This document shows, one piece after another, positions 28,511 through 43,355 of a stretch of DNA of 64,000 nucleotides. The translations under genes and the position numbers were made by a program. Under the pieces are notes generated by a model. That model was given only the letters and a program-made list of their open reading frames with translations, did no database searches and was not told the DNA's origin. Source of the DNA: the human T2T-CHM13v2.0 reference genome, Homo sapiens; the NCBI RefSeq assembly GCF_009914755.1, contig NC_060927.1; one strand, 5' to 3'. Within the stretch, counting starts at the first letter, position 1, and the number at the start of each line of letters is the position of its first letter.

Positions 28511-31500
28511 AACTCTACTTTTGACTGTTGGCTTCTGCCCAAATGGGAAATGCCTGAGTAAGATGACCACAGGCTAGTAAACTTCTCTGCACTGCAGGAA
28601 GTGACTTCACTCAAGTGTCACCGCCACCATAAGTTCCCTCCTGGGGAGGTGGGGCCCCTCCTCTCCCTTTGCATGCCATGAAATGCTTGCACCCACCTGC
28701 CTTAGCCGTTGGGTGGGCTACATGTCTGTTTCATCCATTGCCTAGTCAGTTTCTTGACAGTCTGCTATACATTTACAAGCCAGTAACAGAGGCAGTAATT
28801 ATTGTGGGCAGCACTTACTGAACTTTTAGTGTTTGATAATGCTCTAAGCACATGGATTATCTAATATAATCCTTACAGCTACCCTTTGGTATCTGGGTAC
28901 CTCATTGTACAGAGGAGGGGCTGTGAGCCACAGGCAGCTTAAATTGTCCAAGGGAACTGGGGCAGCCCTGCTCCTTATGTCCCATTTCTCAGCCCTGTCT
29001 AGGACTGAGCAAGTGTCGATTCTGTATTTAAATTGATAACAGTGATGGATTGATCATTAAGACTAAATTTCTTCTTTGATTGACCTTCTTTGATTACAGA
29101 GGTCTGTTAAAGCATAGAAAAAATAAGAGCAGTTTAAAAATGATGATGCTTCGCAGAAGGCATCAAAAGCAAGAGTTCTACTGCACCCTTTCTTTAAAAA
29201 GCCATAGTCACCTTTGCTGGGCTTGTTAAATTTGCACATGGATTCTTTCATGGACATCTCATATTTGCAGCTTATTTTACCTTGTCACAGTTGAAACGAA
29301 TTTAATATATTAGTGAAGAACGAAAAGGAGTATTTACTCCTGAAGTTGACATCCTGGCTCTGGAGACCAAGGGAGTGAGGAATACTTAGCAAGAAGTCAG
29401 TAGATAGATGGGTAAACTCAAACTAAAATAAATATGACAATGATCATATTGAACAATCATATTTAATACGACAATCATCATATTTAATATGATTGAATCA
29501 TCATATTAAAGAGTGGAACTCTGCCACTCTTTAATGTCTTCTTTCAGTTCTCTCTTCTTTCAATTCATTCATTTGTACCTAAAAATATGTTTTAAGGGCT
29601 TACTGTATGTGAGCCCCTGTGATAGGCATTGGAATGAAGTTGTACAAGATACAGAAGGAACCAGTTCTCAGAGTTTACCACCAGTGGGGAAGACAGACAT
29701 TTAGATATAAATGGTAAATTGTATAATAGTAATAATGGGGTCCAAAGGAAACCAAGAACCCCTGTGTATCTCTCACGAAGGGACGTTTACCCTGAGATCA
29801 AACTTTTAGCCGGGGGTTTCAGATGTGTTTATTGAATTCATTAAAAAGGATATATTTGTCATCACATGTTGAATGAGAAACACTATTACATTCCCTTAGT
29901 ACTTAGAGGTTGGCAGTATGTCTCAATCAAAATCTCATTTCTTTAAGACTTTCATCAGGTGAACAGGAAATTACTTTTGGCAGCCCAAATTGCCCTGTGT
30001 TTTCTACCCCGCCCTTACCTCTTCCCTTTTGAGAACACGGACTTGTGTACTAGATTGACGTGTTGGAGTTGGTGAGCCACTCAGAAGGATCTTGCTGCCA
30101 AAATACAGATGTCTTGTTACTTCTAAGAAAGAGTCAGTAAGAGGAAACTAAAGTGCAAGTGACTTCTTATTCTTATTTTAGATGGGTAATATCATGTCTG
30201 AGAGAGGAAGGCTTCTTGTTAAGTGTTCATCTCTTCCCAACTAGGTTTAAGTTAACCATAGTCTTTATTTAGTATCTTTTTTTTTTCTTTTACTTAAAAG
30301 TATTTATTCAAATTTGTGAAAAACAAAGCATTCAATACTATGAGTCTTGTGGAACTGCAAATGATTAATGGTATAATTCTCAGTCTTTTATAAAGTGTCT
30401 TAACACTGAAGAGATTTATACAGTGTGGAATGGCAATGGTGCTTCGATGTGAGAATAGATAATCAATATCTGCAAGCTTGGAAAAAGTGTTCTATTTCCT
30501 CTGCTAATGACATAGGGGTTTTTGCAAGGCAAGGGTGTCTGAAGCATGAAGTACTCCAAAGAAGAATTAATTTGAAATCTGAAGTGGAAGATCAGTTTCA
30601 ATTAAAATTGCACTTGAATGTATATTGGGTGGAAGTGTGAAAGCAAGCATGTAGTTGGCTTAAAGCTTCAGATTGTTACCAGTGAATAAATGAATCCCAC
30701 TGGTATGAACCCAGATTATATTTTTATAGAGTGATAAATTGTATTTTACCCATGTCTGGAAGGTTATGAGAACTAATATGAATGGCAAGTACTTTTCTGA
30801 CATCGCAGAGTATTTTTTAAATTGTTAGTAGTAGGAGGAGAATTATCAGGTATCTGTTTTTACAAATGATGGCTTGCATCTATTATTTGAGTCATATGTA
30901 TTTGGATTTATTTTACTGTGTCCCATATCATTTTTCTCTGTTGAGTGTAATTTTATTGTACTGTAAGTTTCTAGAAGGCATGCATACATACACATATGAT
31001 ATTATGATATTAAAACATTTAGATTCCATAATTTGGATTTACAAACTCAATTGTGGCTAAGTAAAATTCCTATTTTGGTCAGCCATCTAATAAATCAACA
31101 ATCACTTTATTTGGTTTTTCAATGGATTCTTTTGGCATCTGGAAGAAAATTTAAGCTGTAGACAGGATAATTAGAGCCATTCCTTACGTCTCGTTCGTCT
31201 CCTTTTTTTTCTTTTTTCTCCAAATATGTAGATGCAAGATGAAAATAAAGTTTGGCCAAAATAAAATTTGGCTAAATATATGGCAAATGCATACTATCCC
31301 TTTGTGAATCATCACAGTCATAGGGAATTTGACAAAGAGGTAAAAAAATACATGAGTGAAAAGCCTATGACAGTTGTAATCGTGCAGTGAAGAAAATGGT
31401 GATGTGAACTTTTTCCGGATAGTAGCGCGACACTTATAAATGACTTAAAAGTGCCCCAAGGTTGCTAGACCTTTGCCAGTCAGTGAACATGTTCATTTGG

Positions 31501-32981
31501 ATAGTCTGTTTTTAATCTTACTCTTTGGGATGAGGATTAGGGAGAATGACTGAAGCATTAGAGTGAGGCTGCGGTATTTTCCAGATAGCAAAAATATGCA
31601 TCATTTTTAAGGAGCTATATCCATTGCTCTTGCAGCCATGAAACCTCCCTTACCATAATGGAAAATACTTTCTGTGATTGTCCCATTTTTCTTGTACCAT
31701 TGTTTATATCTACTGTGAGCTGTTACCAGTTTGGGGGGAATGGGGAAAGCCATGGCAAATGATTGGGTGGCAGCCACTCATGTGGACTCTTATTTAGTGG
31801 TAGGCAGGTTTATCTACTACTAAACTAACAAGGCTAGTAGTTAGACTTACCTACTAATAAACTAAACAAGATTTCTTTGTGTCTTCCATTGTATGAGGCT
31901 AGGTATACAGGAGGCACAAAAATCCCCACCCATCTACCAGTATTTCTGTAGATGAATGTATATACACACATTAAGCTTTCTCATTGGGAAGCCTGTGTTT
32001 TACTTGCTAAAAATTGTGAAGTTTTTTTCTTATCTAATTCTCAATAAAGGATTCAGTCTTAATCTTTCCAGTAAAAGTTGTTTCAGCAGGCTACTCCCGC
32101 TTTGTTGTGTCAACAAGGTTAAAAGTAGGATGCAGAAAAGTCTAAGAGCCTGTAGTCAACGTAATAGAAACTGCTCCCATAATATTTCATTTCCAAATAG
32201 GACAGGGAGGCAAATGCAGTGTGTTTTCTGTATTTATACCTGATTGGTACCTATTAGAATTATGCTTTATGGTTGTGCTTTCTTCATTTATTTCTGTGGC
32301 ATATGTCCCCCCAAATTCTTTATTTATATGAGTACAGAGTCCAGTCTGAAGGTAACTTTATACCTGCATTTTCTACGAGAGAGAAGGATTGAAAAGGAGA
32401 GATGAGTGTCTTAACACTCAAGTGTACAAATGAGGGCCAAACTGAAAAATCTTTCACAATTAGCCAAAGGAAAAACCTGCCTTTATTGCCTCCATGATTT
32501 GTAATGCCTCTCATCTAGTTTTCTGTTGCCTTTAATTTTTTTTCCCTTTTTCATGTTTACAGTCTTTTATGGGCTAAGAAGAAAGTTGTATTTAGGATAT
32601 TGCCCACAATAGCAAAACATGCTAACTCGATCAAGGTGCTTTTTTTGTGAATAAATGCTCTGCTTATTTTAGGAAACATTTAAAAATTGTCAGAAATATG
32701 GACAACCCTAATAGCCCTTCTACACAACTCTCTTAACCTGATTAAAGATAAAGTTAGCAAATGTTTGATTGTAAATCAAGAAGCAAAACTAACTTAAGTA
32801 ACATCTTTTCTGAAATCTTCTTGTCACATCAGGCCAATGGCTTTGATTCATAGTTTTCAGTACATTCACCTCTTTGGATTGGGGACATGTTGAGAGATGC
32901 AGTGCTCAGCTTCCTAAGATTTATTCATTTCATCCCTGACCCTTGAACCATGAGGATTGAAGTGTTGTCTTCTTTCAACAG

Positions 32982-33161
32982 GTGCCTATGGTCCTGAGCA
33001 CTGGGTCACGTCTAGTGTCAGCTGTGGGGGCCGTCACCAGTCTCCTATTGACATTTTAGACCAGTATGCGCGTGTTGGGGAAGAATACCAGGAACTGCAA
33101 CTCGATGGCTTCGACAATGAGTCTTCTAACAAAACCTGGATGAAAAACACAGGGAAAACAG
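32982..33161 (+). CDS. PTPRG: Internal coding exon (probably exon 3) of receptor-type protein tyrosine phosphatase gamma; N-terminal part of the carbonic-anhydrase-like domain
   Basis: Acceptor gtcttctttcaacAG (AG 32980-81) and donor CAG|gtagac (33162). 180 nt, phase 1-1. Translates (G)[59 protein letters not shown], with alpha-CA motifs GPxxW, CxGxxQSPIDI and NxG. Matches my recollection of human PTPRG. Confidence 0.97.
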
Positions 33162-33454
33162 GTAGACAATGGCTTCTTTATTTGTCCACAGAGCAACAGG
33201 AACTATTTTTGGATGTCTCTGGTGTTTTCCTTAACCATGACTTGCTCCTTAAATAGTGCACATTGCTGTGGGGAGCCTAAATCAGTCCTTAGTTTCAGAA
33301 CAAGTTATGTAACTCAGTAAATCACTCTGTGGCTAATCACCCTGTGTCTTCATTTTTTTAAAAATATAAACTATAGATAATAAAGTATTATACATCTAGA
33401 CCTAGGGTAGTAGTGATTAAATGAGTTAGTAGATGTAAGGTATGTAGAAGGACT

Positions 33455-33670
33455 TTCAGAAAGCTACCCAATCTAGTAGCCACTAGCCACATGTGACTAT
33501 TTCCATTTAAGTTTTAATTAAAAATTAAATAATATTAAAATTTGGTCCCTCAGTTGTATTAGGTACATTTCACGTGCTTATCTGCCACATACGGCTAGTG
33601 ACTACCCTATTGGGCAGCCCAGACAGAGGACATTCTCTCATTGCAGAAAGTTCTATCAGGTAACATTGTG
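33455..33670. mobile_element. MER3-like hAT MITE
   Basis: gtagccactagccacatgtgactatt...gccacatacggctagtgactac...attgcagaaagttctat. Confidence 0.82.
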
Positions 33671-34568
33671 CCAAATATGCAAATGGAAACAGAATTCTTA
33701 TCTTTCTTGAGATTTTGCTTTATTAATATTTTTTATTACTTCCGAGTACAGATGAACTGTCTCATCCCTTTGTGTATCAGACCAGCAATTCAATTCTTCC
33801 ACTTGTCATTTTGGGATTTGTGAATATGCAGCATCGTCTTTTTACCATTGCTAATGCGAAGAGCTGCCTCCCTCTCAATTACTGTTGTGCAAATATCAGT
33901 TTATAGATTGTCCTTGTAAGTACCAGAGAATGCCTTGCTGTGCTCCACTGTACGATCTGAAAATAAGCTCTGGGATGTTATATTACATCTCTGCTTAGTG
34001 CTACCTGGGGTTCTGTTGATGCCTAAAGATATTTTTCACTCTTATTACTTAACTACTTATAACTTTGGCCCATTAAAGCAAGTTTTTTTTTCTCTTTCTC
34101 TTCTTAAAGTGAACCCTTTGTAACCAAGGATGTCACTGTGAACCACTGTTAGTAATCCCTTTCAGGAGCCTTGGCTGTCAGAGCCCTCATGCTGGGCTAA
34201 AATGACTTAGCTCCTAGCCCTTTGGTGCTATTCATGTTGTAGGTCACAAAGTTGCCTTTTTTTTTTTTTTTTTTTTAAATAACCTAACTGGCTAAATGGG
34301 CAGCTTTAGGGATCCATTTTCTTTCTTTCTCCAAACCATCATTTGAGATTATTCATAGCTGATTGCTTTGAGTTTGCCTGGCATGTTCATAGAATTGCTT
34401 CCCACTCACTTAGCGCAGTGATTCCTGGCTTTGGGCCTTTTTTATAATGCCCCCAGAAACAATTCTGCTTCCTGTGTTATAGCAGGTGACCCTCTCCTGT
34501 ACCTTGATTCATCTATATGAGTAGCTGCGTAGAAAAAACTGGTGATCCAATAATGTTATTTGTACGTA

Positions 34569-34865
<297 letters not shown>

Positions 34866-35729
34866 TGTACGTACCTTTTCATCCTCACCTCTCTACCACC
34901 CCAGCACAGATTGTGTGCTTATTGTTACAATTCAGAATTTACCTATCAGTTGCCCTACTTTATGTTTTAAATATGGTGTTCTTAGGATAACCGCAATGAG
35001 ATTATTTCTCTTCATACCATCTAAATGTAGTGGGCGAGAGCTTTGCCACACTGGGTGCAATCAGATTGGAACTGAGTACCACCTCAGCACCACATTCTGG
35101 AAGGCTGTCAAAGACAATCACTGGGCTCTCTGATACGGTTTTCTACTTGACTTGCAACGCTTGACAGCCTTCGGCAAAGATAACACGTTTCAGTGACAGC
35201 TTTCAGCTTCGTATCACCAATGACAGGTTTTAGACGTATGTAGGGTTCACTCGATGCAAGCTGATTCATGACCTTGGTCTTCCAGAAGCTGATTATCAAT
35301 CTGTGTCACTCTCCTGGCTTCCTAGAGTGATCCACAACCTGTTGCATATCTCTGAGTGCATGCACTTGATTTTAGAGCAAAGCTATCCAAATACGAAGCC
35401 ATCAGTCTCAGAAATTTCAGAAGCACAGTGTTCTGAGAAGCAGAAATAGATCTTTGTTACTCTCATACAACTTATTACTGTAAAATTCACTACATAATAT
35501 TAGATAGGCCAATATATTGTAAATACTCTAAGATGATTCTGTAGGAAGGGTTTTTAAAAAGTGACAACCAGTTATATGCAATTTGAAACAAAGAACGTGC
35601 ATTTTTGCATTTTTTTTTTTTAATCTCTTGAAAGAGTTTTAACTTATGGTGGTTTAGAAACTTGGGTGCAGAAATCAACTTGTATTGTTTTGTTTTAACA
35701 CTAATAGAAACTTCCTTCATTTGGTAGGT

Positions 35730-36327
<598 letters not shown>

Positions 36328-36527
36328 ATTCTGTGGATCTTAACACGCCACATTAGTTCATAAATTTTTTAGAATTTTGGAGAAATGAGTATTTATTTGC
36401 TCTGTTTTGTCTGGAACATATAAATTCAACTGAACAGTGCATATTAGTGCAGGCTAAATTAGGGTGGGGTTGATAATTTCCACATTGAATAATATTGATA
36501 GGTAACCTATTTCTTTTTTTTTTTTAA

Positions 36528-36879
<352 letters not shown>

Positions 36880-38391
36880 CACTGTACTAGTTTTGAAAGA
36901 TTGTACAATTAAGAGAAATGGGTTAAAGGGCTCATGGTATCTGTGCATTATTTCTTACAACTGCATGTGAATCTGCTATTCTGAGAAAAATTAAAAGTTT
37001 AATTTAAAAAAATTCATGTATCATAAGCCACATGGTCTGTCTTTGTGCCATCCATTTTATATCTATCTTGCATACCTAAAAGTATTTTAGAGTATTTTGT
37101 GGAACTTTATATTCCAGGAAATAAATTCAAGAGGGAGTATTTATTTTTTTCTGATGGAAATTTACAGGTCACTTATCTGTAAAATAGACTCTGTCTTTTG
37201 TATATTAAAATATGAATATAGAAAGTTAATATTTAAAGCGGCCTATTACATACAGACAGTAACTCTCCCATAAAACAGCTTAAATGTTCAGATCTGTCTT
37301 AATCCCCTGAGAGTGCTATATATCCTATCCAGCATAATCAATAGAGCAACTTGGTTGTACCTAGCCCACTTCTCGAAAGTTGTCTAAAATATCTTCACAA
37401 GACAGATAGCATCTCTCTATTTCTTCCTGAGGAGCCGTAACTATCTATTGTGCCAGTTCCCATTTGATTTCATCTAAAGTTATTTCCCTTTCTTTCATTT
37501 TTGTAGAATGAAAAGGTAATGCATTCATCAAGAACATTTCAAGACAATCTTGCTGTTCCTAGCATTAGCTTCCAGCAAAATGATCAGAATTTAATACTTA
37601 GACGGTGCTTCTGATGTATGTTAATAAGACGTGGCCTTCTATGAATTTTAACTATTGGGAGGGTTTTTATTTTATTTTTATTTTATTTTTTTAAACTACT
37701 TTTTCTTATATCCCACACTGAGGACAAATAGTAAATGTGTTTACCACAAGGCATGCTACTTTCATCTTCTCACATTGTATTGGTTTATTATATTTTTTCT
37801 TTGCCTACATTCTTCCCTATTTGTCTGCATATGCCATAGTGCCTGTGATACAGGTGGATTCAAAATATGGTTATTCAATTCACACAAGAATCAACGGGAG
37901 GGAAACTATGTATAGATGGGGAAGTCAAGAGTCATTTTCTAGTATGTTACTGAGCCCATAAAAGTAAGGCAAGTAGTAGGACACTGTTGCATTGAGTTTA
38001 CTTTACCTGGCTCTTAGAAGTTTTTAGTAGAGTAGCAACTTAAGAGCACACAGAGGCAAGCTAAATAATGAACAAACTAATTGCAAGCTGGTAAAAAGAG
38101 AAAAATAAAATCTTAACAACCTTGGTCACTTCCACATGCTATTTCCCTGACTGAGCTTGTGACCCAAGCTAAGTGTTGGAGGAGGATGTAGCTCTGCTGC
38201 TCTGCTCAGACACAGGCCAGGGGTAACTACCCCTCCCCAAGGTCAAGCAAGTATCTGGAGTTGAAAGATACTCTTTGCCCTGTTGACTGCTGCCTCTCTG
38301 CAGCCCTGAAGAGCCGCTTGTCTCTTCCAAGGTCAGTGGAGACAAGGATGTGTGAGCCTTACTGAGAGTCAGCACCAGGCTACCACTTTAG

Positions 38392-38778
<387 letters not shown>

Positions 38779-38913
38779 TGATTTCCCTCCAAAACTGATG
38801 GACTTTTGTGCCTAGCCCTCATGCAAGATGTGATCCAACAGTGGCATGGTTGCTCAAGTGTAACACGGATGCCTTTAGTAATCAAGAGATTGGTTAGGAA
38901 GTTTCTAGGAAAA

Positions 38914-39126
38914 GTGTGTTTGTGTGTGTGTGAGGGGGGTGTGGGTGTGTGGGTATGGGGGTGTGTAGGTATTGTGTATGTGTGTGTCTTCATATGTTTC
39001 TGATAGTCTAGGCTTTCCGCCTGCCTGCCCGCCCGCCCGCCTTCCTTCCTTCCTTCCTTCCTTCCTTCCTTCCTTCCTTCCTTCCCTCCCTCTCTCCCTC
39101 CCTCCTTCTTTTTCTTTTTCTTTTTT
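38914..39126. repeat. Compound simple repeat: TG-rich tract, then (CCTG/CCCG)n(CCTT)n(CCCT)n and poly-T
   Basis: Directly visible in the sequence. Confidence 0.95.
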
Positions 39127-39196
39127 TGATGGAGTCTCACTCTGTCTCCAAGCTGGAGTGCAGTGGTGCAATCTCTGCTCACTGCAACCTCTGCCT
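39105..39196 (-). mobile_element. Short 3' fragment of an Alu
   Basis: gatggagtctcactctgtctccaagctggagtgcagtgg...gcaacctctgcct, then homology stops. Confidence 0.9.
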
Positions 39197-40429
39197 ATTC
39201 TTTGTATTCTGTTGGACTCGATATGTCTTCCTCTACGGATCTCTCCACGAGCCTTTACATTTTTTGTTGTTTCATTCTCTCCCGCATTTCCTCCTGTGTC
39301 TTCTTGCATTTGCCTCCGCTGGGGCATGTCTCTGTCTCTCTGCCTCATTCTGCCTGTTTTCACTCCTTGCTCCTAGCATTGGCCCCCTTCTCTCCCTTCT
39401 TCCTGTCTTCTTTCCTTAGAGCTGGCCATAGAAGAGAACTGAAGTTTAAAAAATGTTTTTATTTGTTGTATCTGTGGAGTAGATTTTGATATTGACAATA
39501 ATAACCTAAATGTGTTCTTATTGTAATAAAACCTCTCTTATCCCTGATAATATTGGATGGGGAGGGCCTGGAAAAGTGAAATACATGAATGATTCCCCAA
39601 ATGTATTTCTGGGAGGGTTTCAAACTCACCTGGTACCAATCATTACTTTTATTTTTAATTATAACGCTTCCAGTAGCCTCCTCAATGTAATGATCCTTAA
39701 TAGGTGTAAATATGGGATGATGATGGTAGACCATTGTGGAGTCATCATTCCTTGATCAACAGTTGCTTTTTTACTCTGAGTTTTGTTTATGGCACTGATG
39801 AACAGGTCATTTCACCTACAAAGAGACTGCCAAGCTTCTGATTAAGAGCAGAACATCAGCCAAGTAGACAGACATTTGGAAACATCTGGGCCCTTGGCAT
39901 TGTTTATATTGGGCGTGTCTAATATAAACAGTGTCTTTGTAGTACCCTGGGGCATCTCTGGTTAGCTTAAGGTTGCCCAAAGAAAGAAAATGTAAGTTTA
40001 ATTTTTAAAATCCATTCTTTATTTGGGGAATGCTAAGTGTGCTTTTGCTCTACTTTATACATTTTCCTGTTTCAAAGGCCCACATTCTTTGGTTCTTTCA
40101 TTCTAATACTATCCAGCTTTGCCTGAACCCTGGAATTGAGCTTGGAGCTATTTCACTGGGTCACTCTTTGGCTAGGTACTCTGCAAGCTGTGTTTCCTGT
40201 CTGCTAAGCTCCATTTTCTTTGTTATCCCCACAGCCTCAGTCCCCAAGTTCAGTAGTAGGAACTAGTTTCTGTGTAGACAGAAGCCTCATTAACCAATTA
40301 CCCTGAATGTTACAGGCCATTTTTTGAAGAACCTTTTCTGTTTTAGGGTACAGCGTTCTCTGCTAGACTCCTCCATCTTTCGTGTCTTATATGGTTAAAA
40401 GTGTTAACTAATCCACCTTGTTCATCTCA

Positions 40430-41110
40430 CTCAGTTTAGCAGTGAGTTAACTGAGACCCAGGATAATCCTGCAGTTTGTCATCTCTTGGATATCTGAGGT
40501 TGCTCTTACTCAGCACGTCCAGTGACTCTTTACTGGATTACTGCTATCAGCTCCTCACTTATTTCTACTGACAGCATTGCTTTCCTCCCAGGCCTTCTCC
40601 ACAGAGTAGCCAGAGTAATCTACTTAGTTCCCTAATCTGATCTTGCCTGTCTGTCTCTCCCTCTTTGTTGTTCTCTCTCTCAAGCATATCAAGGACTTCC
40701 CATTTCTCTTGGGACAAACACAGACTGCTCACTGTCCGTGCCTCATGCTCTGTCCTCGTGTCCCATCCTGCTCTCTGGGTACCTGACACCTTGGCTTTCT
40801 CTTACTCGTTACCACTACCACAGGGCCATTGATTCTTTCTTGATGTTCTCCCATCTTGTTGGCACTTCCCCGGGGTAGCTCCTTTAACTCTCAGCTCAGA
40901 CCATGACACCCTCCCCTTCTCTCATCTGGGGTTCGATGCTCAGGTGCTACCCCTTGTCCCACTAGCAGGTTTGCTTCTGTTGTCTGTTTAGTTCTTGGGA
41001 CCTGTCCTTCCCATCGGCTGTAAGTTCCATAAGGGCAAGAGTTGTGTCTGATTTACCCACCTTTTTCTGCCAGTCATTACTCAGTAAATATTTGTTGAGT
41101 GTTTGAAAAA
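40430..41110 (+). mobile_element. L2 3' portion
   Basis: ttctccacagagtagccagagtaatc...tgtaagttccataagggcaaga...actcagtaaatatttgttga. Confidence 0.75.
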
Positions 41111-42182
41111 CATGAATGTCAGTGTCTACAGGGAAATTAGTGGAAGGCTGGAACTAGAGCCAGTGCATTCTGACTTTCAGACAACAGCGTTTCCCTTTTA
41201 CCAGGAGTCCCAGGGCAACCCTCTGATGTCACAAGTATTGTGGAAGGTGGTCTGGGGATCCCATCATTAGGGTCCAATAATGGTAGGCTTTTTTTTCTAC
41301 CTTATACTCTTGGCAACGGTGCATCAGGGTAGGAGGATATGATAGTAAGCTGCTAGTTTTCCTGTCATCCATTTTTCTTTACTTTTTAGCACATGCTGCT
41401 GTTTACTCAGATTTTGGTGTGAACATTTGCTTTAGCCTGTGTTATACATACATGTTGAATTTAATTTATAAACAGTTGGGGGATGTCCTGCAAAGAATGC
41501 TATGAATGCCAGGTACTTGGTCAACCCTTCCAGTTCAGGAGAAAACTAATTCCTTATTTAAGATGTGACCTGACCCACGCTTTGCCCTGGCCCTTTGCAT
41601 AGCCTGGAGCGTCTTTACATCATGGGGAGCCCCAGACATAGGGAGAATCTGGTGAAATCTGTGGATCCTACCCTAGGATAATAACCTTCCTAAAGGTTGC
41701 ATAACACCAGTGCTATTCTATGATGTGTATGAATTGCTGCTGTGAGCATTCGTCGTATATCAGCCCTTGTGAACCCCTTAACAAACCTGTGAAGTAGCTG
41801 CTATCTTATTCCAATTTTACAGAATAGGAACGAAGGCACCAAGAAGTGCATTAACTTTCTCGTAAGTGGACAGTGGCAGAACTAGGATTCAAGTTTGGAC
41901 TTACTGGCTACAGAGTCCAGCTCCTAAGCTTCACGTGTGCCCCATGCTCAGAAATTTACTTCTTGTATCAAGAAGGTATAGACCTCCAGAGCCCATAGGT
42001 AGCCACGGCTATGGACTGTTGGCCTCTAGGTTAAGAAACCCTGAATTTGAAGCTTCCAGCTTCTTCTACTGTCTCCATCATTCTGCTTTGATTTCATCAC
42101 AATCTACATTAATCACAGCAAGGATAGTTCTAGAAACTTCATTCACCACATAGACCTTTCCTGTCTTTGCTCTTAGCCCATC

Positions 42183-42840
42183 TGTCCTAGTTAGTTCAGG
42201 CTGCTGTAACAAAATAACATAAACTGGTGGCCTAAACAATAAACATTTCTCAGAGTTCTGGAGGCTGGAGGTCCAAGATTAAGGCACCAGCAGATTCAGT
42301 ATCTGGTGAGGGCCTGCTTTCTGATTCATAGATGATACCTTCTCACATTCCATGGTGGAAGGGAAGGCAGCTGGCTGGAGGCCTCTTTTTTTCTTTTTTT
42401 TTGGATGATATCTCATTCTGTCACCTAGGCTGGAGTGCAGTGGCATTATCTCGATCACCGCAGCCTCCGCCTCCTGGGTTCAAGTGATTTTCCTGCCTCA
42501 GCCTGCCAAGTAGCTGGGATTACAGGTGCCCGCCACCACACCCGGCTAGCCTTTTGTACTTTCAGTAGAGACGTGATTTCACCATGTTGGCCAGGCTGGT
42601 CTCAAACTCCTAACCTCAGGTGATCCGCCCCCCTCAGCCTCCCAAAGCGCTGGGGTTATAAGCACAAGCCACCGTGCCTGGCCTGGGGATCTCGTTTTGA
42701 AGTGCACTAATCCCATTCACGAGGGTTCCACCCTCATGGCCTAATCACCTCCCAAAGGCCCTGACGCATCATACCATTACATGGGGGATTGGGGTTTCAA
42801 TTTGTGAGTTTCCAGGGACAAAAACATTCAGTCTGTAACA
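42183..42840 (-). mobile_element. MLT1A-type MaLR solo LTR interrupted by an Alu
   Basis: tgtcctagttagttcaggctgctgtaacaaaa...aaacattcagtctgtaaca; TSD CCATC/CCATT. Confidence 0.9.
42386..42683 (-). mobile_element. AluS nested in the MLT1A LTR
   Basis: Complete antisense dimer. Confidence 0.95.
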
Positions 42841-43355
42841 CCATTCATTGTTCTCCTGTCTTTAGCTGTTAGCTTGGCACCTTCCAGTTTGTGCCTTATC
42901 CAGATTCAACTTTTCCTGCTGTTGTTTTAATTTTTAGATTAAATTTTATTTGTATTTATTATTTTTGTAGTACCGTTTTCTTCTAATTTATTTATTTCAT
43001 TTTGATTAAATGAATTGATTTTAAAAGAAAACTCTTTATCAACACCATTATTGGAAAAACCAGTTCTGTTTGACTGGTAGAGACTTACTGCTAGAAATAT
43101 GTCCATAATCTACAAAAATAAATCAATCTTGCTCATGTTATTAAATTTTAGGGTTATGCTTATTCTTGAGTAAAAGTGGGAAATGAATGAGTATCAGGGA
43201 ACTATGTGGGTTATATTAGCACCCAACTATGATTTTCTTTTCTTTGATATAATCAAAAAGATAGAAATAATTCAGAAAAGGCAGTATCTTTTTTTATTCT
43301 GTTTTAGTGAACTAAAAGCATCTACTCAATACTTAAGATCTCCCCCCCAGGCCCG

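Noticed and set aside
29430-29510. Degenerate aatcatcatatt repeats with an 8-bp hairpin
   Set aside because: Low-complexity AT-rich slippage product; too weak to interpret.
32957-33256. ORF-track boundaries for the CA-like peptides (also 46591-46863)
   Set aside because: The starts and ends are intronic read-through; the true limits are the splice sites.
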